Below, in pieces: positions 29,401 through 41,400 of a stretch of 64,000 bases of DNA (the stretch's first letter is position 1; the number at the start of each line of letters is the position of its first letter). Origin of the DNA: Phoronis australis (Eukaryota; Animalia; Phoronida); contig NMRA01000033.1 in NCBI GenBank assembly GCA_002633005.1, forward strand, positions 809,357 through 873,356, read 5' to 3'. The notes beneath the pieces were generated by a model. The model did no database searches. It saw nothing but the letters and a program-made list of their open reading frames with translations, and was not told the origin of the DNA. Made by a program: the position numbers and the translations under genes.

Positions 29401-32400
29401 GAATGCACAGGTATAAGCCTGACGAATGGCAGTTTGCACTAACAACCACATTACGCCACTCTGTAGCCTTCGCAAGCCTAAAAGTATTCCATGCATAAGT
29501 CTTAAGAGAAATTAATCTTTTTTAGTACGTTGTTTTGAGAAACATGAGATTGTTTCATGCAATGTCCGATGGCTCCATGCTAGCTTTAATCTTCTGTATG
29601 AACCCAAGAATACGAAAACCTTTGTCACAATACATCAGGGACCTCCATGCCTCGACTTTGGGACCAAATATATACATCCTTTCCCCTAAAAGGCAGTTGA
29701 AATTCACCTGAGCGGACCCAAAAAGTTCCCTCTCAGTTTTAAGTCACACAGGCACTCAGGATCAGAAGATTTTGTCAACTGCAGCTTAAACTTGTCAGCC
29801 ACATTACCGCCTTAACATGGAGAGCAAGATATGGATTTATTTAATTGCAAGTGCAGGGGTGTTTAGACATCATTGAGTAAGAAAGTCACTACTTGGGGTC
29901 ATTGGTTGACTACTAGACACCTCTACTACTTAGACTCATCCAAGGTCTTCTCCAGGCAGTGCACAAAGGTAATTGGAAACCAGTGCAAAGAGATTAGTTT
30001 GGATTACATTAGGCAGCGACCAACAAGCAGGCAGGGGGTGTTGTGGAATTGGAGACAACCTAAAAGGGGGGTTGGAATTGGTGGCAAATGGGGCGGGGTG
30101 GAATTGAAAAGAGAGCAAGCACAGGCACCTATCCCCTATGAGAACAAGGTCCTGTACACAAATGTTGGTTTGGGTTGAAACCAAGCTCCTTGTCACTAAA
30201 AACACTCCATGCAATGTTTAATGACTGAGTAATCTTCACATAAGGCTAAACAATGTCCATGCACCTTACAAGGTAACGTGGACCTTCGTAGGTTGAGCAG
30301 TTGTATCTAAACACATTTTCAAAAAGAAAAAGTCCACCTCATAGTTTTTATAAAGCTTCCAAACAAAAGCTTAATAATTTTTATAATTTTACGGTGCTCA
30401 GCAAAGAACAGGTTGATGCACTTCCTATGGCATATACCATGATAAAGAAGAACCGAGGGTGAAAACTGGAACTGAAAAGACTGCGTCAAACCAAAAATGT
30501 TCTGACCTTAATTGGCTACATAATTTTCAAAATGTAATAAAGCTATCCGTTGGCATGGGAAGCTGTTTTATCACTCCATGCAGACATCAGGAACTAACTA
30601 AAGTAGCTTTTACACGGGTGAGAAACAACATGACCGCCGGTCCTCTAAATCGGACTAACTCACCCAAAACAGGACCTCTGGGGATTAAATGGGACCGCCG
30701 CACCAGAAAATGGGACTGACGCACCTAAAAACATGACCGCCCCACCACAGGACCGCCAGGGAATGAACATGATTGCCGTACAAAATGTAGTTATCAAGGC
30801 CTTTGTATGATACTGCGGGTTATGACGTAACCGGTCAGCTAGCTGTGAAAAGACTCGCCAATGCAAAAATTGGTAGCACTGCATTATTGAGCTCCGTTAC
30901 ATCCCTGAAATTTCCCACAGCCCAGGTACAATTCTGCTCGTCACCTCATCACATGAAACTTATATCAACATGTAGAGCTAGCGAGTGGAGCAGGCGCATG
31001 CAAAACCTTGCTGGTTGCAGCCGCTTGAGTGAAAAACAATCTAATGAACACCATTTGTTTGCCAATTGTAACAAAAGTTTGTCGTGCTCGTGACATGAGC
31101 ACGCGCCATTTCCTAATATTTTGCGACATATTTCGGAAGATGATGACTCAACTAAGCAGCAGCACCGATTTGTTCTGAAATTCGGTTTGCTGGTGTTAAA
31201 ATACTAAAAACTTATGACGAAATGAAACCAGTTCCGATAATTTGTTGCGCCATGTACGCAACCTTGTAGAAGAGAAGAAGAGCTGACTGAAGAATCGGTG
31301 AAAAAAGGAACTGGTCAATGTTAGCCGACCTAAAAGGACGCATCTTAAGCAGAATAACGACAGAACGACAAATTTTCCCGGCGAGCGCCGATAAATAATT
31401 TAGTTTACTCTAGGAAGAGTGTCGTTAATAACACTAATTCGGTGAAGATTTTATATGTGCAGTGTTTTACCCATATCGGCGCCAAGCTGTATATTTAGTA
31501 TACTGCTTTGTCGCACAAAGGCTTGTTATGATGCTTCACCCGAGGACCAGAACGCCCGTTTTAATTTTTTTTTTCTTGACTAAAACGTCACATTGGAGAA
31601 AACGATTTTCATTTTGTTCTAAAACTTACGCAGTGGATAAAGTTATAATTATTTAGCTCAAAAGCGTGCAACGTGGTTGGTTTGTGGTTAAAACTCAAAA
31701 GCACCGCGTGTTACAAAGCGAAGTGTCCTGTAGAGCACAAAAGAATTCATTGGATTAATTGGCACAAGACCTGAATATGCATACGTATATAGCTCCATTT
31801 TATGATCTGTGAAGGCCTACCGATAATAAATCTTAGCTTGTTTGTCATTGCGGTTTCAATCCCGGGCGGTCATATCAGTCCCCGGTGGTCCCGTTTTCTG
31901 GTGGGGCGGTCATGTTTTTAGGTGCGTCAGTCCCATTTTCTAGTGCGACGGTCCCACTTAATCCCCGGAGGTCCTGTTTTGGGCGAGTCGGTCCGATTTA
32001 AGAGGACCGGCGGTCATGTTGTTTCTCACCCGTGTTTTATATAAAACTACAAGTTAATAAATCCATGCATGTATTATTCAGAATGGAGCTCTGTTAGTCC
32101 GGAAAACCTGTCTCTCACTAAGAACCACTGCGTGCAGACATCTGGTGGCTCTGTCAGGCTAAATTGTATCATGCCCCTGTCTAGAGTTGATGAATCCAAG
32201 CTGGTTTTAAAACCCTGTTCATCACAAAGAACTACTCCACACAAATGCCAAATGGCTTTCCACTGACTTCTGGCCTTCACACTGGACTGCACCTTGGACT
32301 GTATTAATTTCCCCTTGCCCACACCCAATACAACAAATCCATTTGTGTTGGTTTGGGGTGCATGGGATAGATAGTCCTCACAAAAACAACTCCATGCAAT

Positions 32401-35400
32401 TGTCTGACAGCATTTCATATAAGACTAAGAGTCCCTTTCAAAAGCCTCAATGATGGCGGTATTGGTAGCCAGTTGCTCACTAAAAAACCACGACTCCATG
32501 CATTGTTCGGTGGACCTGAGCAACCATTGACCTTTTCACAGCTAGAGATTTGTTGGATATCTGCAATGGATTGTAGGGCAGCGACGCTCCAAGCAGAAGG
32601 AAACCAACTAATGAAACCAGAGTATGTAACACCTTCGTTCTAAGCCAACACATGGCGAGGCGAACGTATACCCACAATTCTCTAGCCGTAAAAAAGGTCC
32701 ATGCAAGCTTACCTGATTGCCACCCTGTGAACGTTGACTCAAGATGGCAAGTCTCTTTGTGAACATATGTTGCATCATCTAGAACAGCATACACTCTTAA
32801 CTTACTAGACACCATTGAGGACGGATCCATACGCAATATCAACACTCCTAGTTGTCAAGTGTTTCTCAAAGAGAACACATTTTTTGATAATTGTAACAAC
32901 TGATTGTTGATTATGCATAATTGTTGCTCACTTCTTGCCCAACAGAAACCTCCCATCATTTTGATGTGTTAAGGAAACTGACTACCTGTTTGCTACTGAG
33001 AGTCATAATGTTCAACCCACAAATCCATGTAATTTTAAAACTGTCAAAGTCTACAGGCTTTCTACTACAGACAGGGCTACATTTTGTAGTTTGGTAGATA
33101 TTTGGCTAAACGCAGACCTGACGTTAAGGTCCTACATAACCTTGATTAATCCCCCTTTAAGTAAATTTGCATGATTCTGCACGTGAGACCTATTGCACAT
33201 AGGCCTACAAGACAAAGCCTGTAATGAGCAACACAACTCACCATGTCTCCCTCTTCCATCGGCTCAGCAGGGAATGAGGGAGGACCGGGCACAAAGCCTG
33301 CCTGTTTCCCAGGCAACTCCACTCCAGTCTGAGGGTCAGACGGTGGCTTAATGGACTCCATGCTTGTGGCAATAAAGGCCGCCGCTGCAGGAAGCTGGCG
33401 CTGCTCCCCTCCACCACTCTGGCTAGCAGGGAAGTTAGGCAATGGCATGCCTGGGGGTCTGGGGAATGACCCCTGACTGGGGATCATTGTACCCGGGTGC
33501 ACGGGCCCGAATGGACTAGAGGGGCTAACGTGACGAGGGAATGGTTCGCGAACGAAGGCTGGATCCATGTGTGGCGGCCTGGCTGGGAAGGTGAACGGCA
33601 TTCTTGGAACGGGGAACCTGTCGTGTGCTGCCATCTGTTGGTGAACGCCGGGTGAAGGAAGTTGTGGAACCCCAGCAGAGGATGGAGTTGGAGGTTTGTC
33701 AGAGATAACGCCTGGAAAAGCAATGACAGTCAGTCCCTGGAGATATTACAATTTTATTGCAAAGCCAAATGTTTGTTAATATCACTTATCAAGAACAATG
33801 TAAATGACTTGTAAACAATGTATAGAACACTTGCGTTGTGAGCAAGGAATAATTTCAGCTTGACACACCTGCAATGTATATGTTGACTTCCTCTTTCTAG
33901 TACTTCCTGTAGACAAACATTTAAAAAAAACTAAAAAGAAACATCCTCTTTCTATTTTAGAGCCGAGTGACAAGCTGTGGTAACAAATCCATGTTGGAAC
34001 AAAACATGCCACATAAATTGGCAATCTAACAACAAAGAAAATTAGTTCAGTAGCATCACTGTGTAGAAGATGTAGATAACAGATAGGCATGATTCAGGAC
34101 AGACTGTGATTCTCTTACAAATTTGTTGTAGGTGAACAGGCACATGCTAAGCGGTAATAAAGCCAGAGCATAATTTCCAAAGAATCAGTAAGCCCTCAAG
34201 TTTACGCCAAGTTGTGTAACTCCTCATAACCCTGTCTCTTACCATGTTCCTGTTTCAGGGGCCATGTCTGCTCTGCCCCCTTCAGTTGCTGGCCCCCTTC
34301 TCCAGTCTCTGCATCAGGCTTCCTTGTCTTCAGTTCCTTACTCAACTTCTGAGCTTTGTGAAGACGACTGTTGGCCCGATTCTCTCTCGCTTTAGCCTTT
34401 TAAGAAAAAACAAAAGGAATACTAAGGAGGTAAATGCATGACAGGAGCGGTTTTTCAAAAAGAGAATATTTTGTACTTTTTGAAAACCTTACGAATTATG
34501 GACCATCTATTAAAAATGACTCACTCAGGTATGCGCTGACATTAACACAACAAGAGTATCACAAAAGGCCCTCATTGACCTTCGTGACAAACCACTGCAA
34601 ACAACATGCGAAAAATCTTGAAAAGTCACATTACAGTTTTACTAAGTAACAATATAGGCAAGCAAAAGTCATCATACTTGACACAGTCACAAGTTTTGAA
34701 AGAAAACTGATCAGTTAACATCCCACCAAACATCTGCTACCCAGGGCAATAATGGCAAATCACCCGCACTTAACATACCAGGTACGGTGCCCTTTGTTCA
34801 CTAGGCACCTTACGCCATAGTTTGGCGATCTGCTTTGACCGTTCTGTCCATTCAGGGTGCTCTGTCTTCAGTTCAGGGTGATTCAGGTTTGCATATAACA
34901 CAGGGGAGATGGTGGCTTTGTCACCTGTAATAAGATGGGCACAGGTGCTATTGCAATTAAAGTAAGACATAGATGGTAAATGAAGGCAAGAATACCCTCT
35001 TAATCTGAAAACCTATCACGAGAGCAATCATGCCAGAAAAAAACATTAACTGAACCTGCTGAACCAACAGTAAAACAATATGTAATGGATATGGAAATAG
35101 AATAATCATAGACGTGCGTTAGGAAATAGTTACATCCCGATTCGGAGAATCAAACTTTCACTTCACATCTGTCGCAACCTCACAAAATTGTGAGGAACCC
35201 ACAAGTTGTGAGTTTGTACATTGATGCTGTACCTGCACCAATTGTCTTCAAACACTAAGTGCCTTCACGCACAAATTGACTTCACGTCCAGAGTGCCTTC
35301 ACGCACAGAGTGCCTTCACGTCCAGACTGCCTTCACGTCCAGACTGCCTTCACGCCCAGACTGCCTTCACGCCCAGACTGCCTTCACGCCCAGACTGCCT

Positions 35401-38400
35401 TCACGCACAGACTGCCTTCACGCCCAGACTGCCTTCACGCCCAGACTGCCTTCACGCCCAGACTGCCTTCACACACAGACTGCCTTCACGCGCATGTGTA
35501 TCCACCATTACACTTATTATTTAAACAAGAATGCCTGGATTAATGCTTAATGAATAATATCTATTGTTAACTGCTTTGTAAAAGTTGGATTTGAGCTGCC
35601 CAACCTCAGACTGGCCTTGTCATATTGTCTGGCCAATAAATGGATATAAAAAATTAATATATATATCATATCAAAAATCCCATGAAATGTCGCATTATCG
35701 TTTCTACAGTTCTTGTCTAAGCCTTGGATCTTTATTGCTATAACATGCTTTGGCATGAATAACCAAGTTCATGTTCACTTTCACATGTACTCTCGTCCCA
35801 CCATTCTTACCGAGTGCCTCATCCTTCTCCCACTTCAGTATATTCCTCATGTTGTACGACAGTCGGTCCCCCTCCCCTTCCTCAGGGGCAGGCTGGCTCC
35901 AGGGGTTAGCTTCACTGTAGCCAGGACTGGAAGGAATAAACAAGACAGAATGAACTAAAGATACAAGACTACAAGTTTGCACTACATACATCAGCTACAC
36001 AGAATCATGAGTTCTGAATGGTTGAGGCCATTACTAAGGGTTACGTGGTAACTTTTCCGAGGGATGTCTACCATAAGCAAATATGGCCATTTTATAACAT
36101 GCAAGCATCAACAAGCACAACTCTCACTCACAAAAGATTGAGTAAGACTTGATGGTGGTAGGGAGAACTGCTAAGAAATTCTTGCCACAACCTTGGAAAC
36201 AATTACCTCATAATACCATAGAAACAAATTTTCACTAAGTTCTAGTTGACATACGTTAGTACTCCCTCAACTGTTTGCTTACCTGTGAATTCCAGGTGAG
36301 TGGTGGTAGGGCGGAGGCATGCCTGGCTCAAAGTGGGCCAGGGGAGGATGAGGGTCCCCTAGAGGGGTGCCTTGCTTGTGTACTTCCGATGAGGACATCT
36401 GGTTCAACTGGAACTGTGGATCTGTGGAGAAACAATCCATGTGAGCATGATGCCAGGTGTACTGAACAGTAAGATGCTACAGGCAAACAATACATTTCAA
36501 TACTATGAAATGCAGGCAATTCCCAGCTTCCTTGTGTAGCTTTACCGAATAGGAACAAACTAAATGAAAAAAATTCTAACTTATAGTAAAAAATATAATC
36601 GACACATTGAAATAAATTGTCTCCTGTCATCAGACTCCAACTTCATAACAGTACACCATAGATTTCAAGTTGAAATTATTGCAATTCGCAATACATTCAA
36701 TGCATAAAAAACTGATTAACAAAGGACACAACAATAACTACATTTCGTAGAACAATACGAAAACAAGAACAGCACAGTACACAGAAACATAACACCCCCA
36801 GTAGCTGCAGTTTTCAAGAAAGTTGATGAAAAATCGAGTCCGCTACAAGAATCGGATCATGGATTAAGTGTTTTTCGCTCTGTTTCTTTCTTTTTTGTCA
36901 AGAAAATTTGACATTTTTTTTTAAAATGTGACAGAAGTAGGTAGATTAGAGTTCTGATAACGACTAAACAGAATGCCTCCTACCCGATGCCGGTTGGCTG
37001 TCAGCTGCATTCAGGACACCTTTAAACAAGTCCTCCACCGTCTTGCTGTCAATCTGTGCCAGACCCTCATGTAGCATCTTCTCAACGTCAATGTTCTTGT
37101 CCACATCCAGGTTAGGGTTCAGCATATGTTCCAGGTTGTCACCCAATGGGTGCTTGGTCTCCGCCACGTGCCCTTCTGAGGGCTGGCTCTCCGGCTCCTT
37201 GCTCAACTCATCTCCCAGCATGCCCAGCAGGTCGTCGTGGAGACCAGAATCGTGGGCGAGGTCACCAAAAGGCAGGTCAGTTGGAAGTATGTCCTTAAGG
37301 TCGCCCTCGACTGGAACAAGCATTGAAAATTGAACGCGAGTAAATATGAGAGTTCAAGAAAAGTACAAAAAATAACTTCATCCTCAGGCAGTGCAGTAGT
37401 TTCAAGTTTATGTATATTATAGTTTTCATTGTGTCATTGCACTGAAGATAAATAAAAGTCTAAGTCACTGGCAGGTATATCTGTCACATTACCAGTGTCT
37501 AAGCCTATTCTTGTAAAACAAAACATATCATGGAGGAGTTTGCAAGATACCACTGACATGACGCTAACATTTCAACGAATGAACAGCAGTTCACAATAGG
37601 CAAATAGACCAGCAAATGTGGTTTATCGACAAGGCAAGCATGTGACATGGAGCCTCTAAATTATTTTCAGTTGTGCATAATCTGACCTTGAGTTTTATTT
37701 TAATGGCATGGACAGGAATGAACGTCAGACATTTACTTCAATAAGCCAAATTAAGAACTGTGTAGTTTTCGACTAACTCTTAAGAGGCTTACAATTTTTT
37801 TTTTCTGCAACTTCGACCATGGACAAAATTCGACAACATTTGAACGCCAATGGTAAGTATTTACCTAGAGTATTGATATCCTCCTCAGCTGCTCGAGTCA
37901 CTGCCTGTTGTATAGACTGGTCAATAGAGGACTCCTCCACCGCCTTCTCCAATGTGCTCCCGCTGCTGGAGGGTAAGACAGGTGCTGCCCCCTCGTCCAT
38001 CTGCTGTTCAATAGTCTGTTTCTGACTCTTGTCTTTGCTCACATCCAGGACGGCCTTACCAAAGAAAGCTTCCTGCAAGTGGCCAAATGGCATATGGTTA
38101 TGCATTGAGTTTCAATTGACTAGATGAATAGGATACTAACTTAAGTCAATTGCATTTGAATTCTCAGAACATACAGGACGGTCTTACCAAAGAAAGCTTT
38201 CTACAAGTGGCCAAATGGCGTATGGTTATGCATTGAGTTTCGATTGACAAGACGAATAGGATACTAACTTAAGTCCCGCGCACACTAATGTAAACTCAGG
38301 GTAACCATATAGCTCCTTCAGTTTCACTCCTGCTTTATCAATTAACAACAGTGGACGAATGTTTCAGTTGTAGACCTAAAGCTGCCATGTTGAACAGACA

Positions 38401-41400
38401 CTCTAGCTGGATGTTTGACCACAAGTCTAGGGCAGGGTTTGTCTGAAGACTTCTTGGTTCGAGGATTCTTTTACTTCATTCACATGAGAATGACAAAATG
38501 AGGGTCTTTTTTTAACTTCATTACTATGCCAATCCCTCAGTTCCATAGGAACCGTTCTTGAAGTAGCAATTAGAGAGTCAAACGATTATCAATTCAAGTA
38601 ACACGCAGAGCTCATCGTTAGTGACATGTTCATTGCTTATTGTAGACTAAAATTTAATATAAACCTGAGTCAAACGATTATCAATTCAAGTAACACACAG
38701 AGCTCATTTCTAGAGACATGTTCATTGCTTAATGTAGACTAAAAATATAAACCGACCATTAATTCAGTATGCGTTGCAAATAACTAGAAACTTAAGTGGA
38801 AACAACCATACAACATCATGCCGAAACAATACTTCCCAGTTCGGACCACTGTTCTTGGGTAACTCAGTCACAAGATATACTTCCATTTTAACAGACTTAC
38901 TTGTAAATAATGGGGAAAGCTTTCCTCAAGAGCTCCCTTTCGTTTCGGACGGCGCTTCTTCTTAGGTTTGGGTTGGTCATTTGTCTGGCTGTCAGTCTTT
39001 ACATCGCCCACAGGGGGCATGTCTAACGAGGACCCTAAACAAAAGACAGTGTGTTTACTTGAGATTCCTCCATAATATGCAACTACTTGCTATGAACTCT
39101 AGCATGATGCCATTTGTGTGTCATAGAGTAACAGTGAGTGTATTAAACCTGACAATAGAATGAACCATTGGGCAACAAGTAGCGTCCACTAGTCTGCCAC
39201 CGGGGCTACAATACTCCCCATCCAGCCACTTACATATTTCAGCCCCATGTATTTTTTAAAAGCGGTAGTCCCATTCAAGCTAACAAGTAATAAGTTTTCA
39301 CCTCGTCAAAAACACATTTACAATATTGACAATATCATTTATAAATGCGCATGGTTTCTTTCTGGTTCTACGCGTAACTTCAGACATGCAAGTCTATGGG
39401 AATTAACACAGAATTCGTGAAGAATTCCAACTCCACCACACACTATAATATTGATCAACTTAGGTGATGTCATGAGTTAGGACTGGAGAATATACATGTA
39501 ACTTCCTCAAAATGGTGGTTAACAAGAGAAGCTCAAGTTAAACTTGACAGAATTACGTGAACACATTCGTATATGTACATATGGATGCTTCGTTCAATGA
39601 TAGTCGCTGTATTTTAAAATAGATTGCTTTTAATTGAGAAGTATTAATGCCTCTAGTTGGGCCACATTAGTAGTGGTTCAACTGCCTTACTCAACTCATT
39701 CCCATTTATTGACACAGTGTATAAAATGGCCATTTGATACTTTAACAAGAAAAGTGTTTTCACACAGTAGACTCACATTACCGTATGCTACAATCCAATA
39801 GGGTGATAGCTACTTTGCGAGAAACCATAAAAAGCTCAATATACCCAGAAATCACTAACCTTCAACACCAGGAGACAGCACTTCACCCCCTGCCACTGGG
39901 CCAGTAGGTGGCACAGTAATATTTGGAGTCTCAGCAGATGGTGCTGTGGTGTTCGGTGCCACACCAGGTGTCTTGGGAGTGTTGGATCCACGGTTGCGGT
40001 GTCGCACTATGAAGCCTCCAATGCCGGCTGAAAAAAAATTGAATGATGACCACTAGTGGATTCGATATTACTTCAACTGACATTGGTAAGTATAACTTGA
40101 ATGACATTTTAATTTAACTGTACTTTATTGAAGTTATCAAAGTCAAACCTAATGCTGCTGCCGGGCGACGGTAGCGGTTCCTCTTGAGAGTGGGAGAGGG
40201 CAGCTCAGTGGAGAGAGGCAAGCTGGTGGACTCGGATACATCAGGTGTTTTAGTGTCTTCAGTGTCCAGAGACTCCTCTCCTGCTATAGAACAGAGGCTT
40301 AGAGTCTATGAACACAATTATTAACAAAATAAAGGCAATATAACATGACTTGAACAGGACCTGTGACTTTCAAACTTTAGTCGAGAGTAGTCTCAAGTAA
40401 ATTGTGGTGGTCTCATGCCCAGATCTATGAAGTTAGTCTCATTGCTTTATGGGGAGCACGATCATTTTTTGATGTTACGTTTAAATCGATAGAAACACAG
40501 ATACCTGGTCATGAAGGAGTGCTTCTGGGTTAATAACTGTTCTCCTTAACTCCTGGTCAGTGCAATCAATGGACAAATGGACAGTGACATAAAAGGCGGA
40601 GGAAAACGACCAATATCTTCGTTTTGCATTCACTTCCTCTGAGCAAATGCAATGCACAACACAATCACGAGCAAGACATTGTAATTGCTCTTGGAAGTGA
40701 ATGCAAAACTATGATGTCACTTTCTGTTGTCCCTTGGATAGTAAATAGATGCCAGGGAACAATAGTTAATTTGGAAAAATGTATCTCCAAGACAGCAGTA
40801 ACAACTGTTACAGTAACTTTTCTTTCCCCTTTAAAAATCACAAATTTTTCGTGACTAGATAGCTGTTGGAAAGAGCATAAAACCAACTTTAAATCCAATC
40901 CAAGTCTCCTCCCTTGGAATAAAAGGGCTGGTATTATTTTGTTTCAAATTTCACCAGCATTCTTTTTGAGCACATTGTGTTCCCCCTTCATATTCTTTTG
41001 TTGACAATTTTTTATTAATTTCTCCACAAACACAATTTACAACCTTGTCATAACTTCACAAAAGTGGAAGGCTTCAAAGCATTTCAGTTAATCATTACTT
41101 AGGAAACTGTATTTATTTACAATACAAAAATTCACCTTTTATTTCCTCGGCATCTTCAGTGCTCATCTTCGACTCTTCGCCATCCACAGGGAGTGCTGAT
41201 GGAGTCTTGACCTGCTCTGCAGTTGACCGTGACCTTCGGACCCTCTTCTTGACTGGCAGTGTCATGGACAGACTGCGAATCTGGTTAAAACCATTCTCGG
41301 ACAGCAGCACACCGTCCATGACATAGTCCTGCTTAGGCTTGGGAGGCTCTGGCTCTTTAGGGACAGGAGAGGGGAGTTCTGGTTCAGGGTCAGGTGGGGG

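Noticed and set aside
30803-31656. ORFs inside the TIR element as a transposase
   Set aside because: They are short and show no DDE or RAG1-like motifs.
32074-32845. Minus-strand ORFs of 114 and 121 aa as a hidden coding exon or nested gene
   Set aside because: No recognisable domain, and the repeated motif falls in inconsistent frames.
35259-35491. 17-bp array as a CRISPR locus, or its ORFs (35221-35550 and overlapping) as genes
   Set aside because: There are no unique spacers or cas genes and it lies in a eukaryotic intron. The ORFs are stop-free repeat translations.
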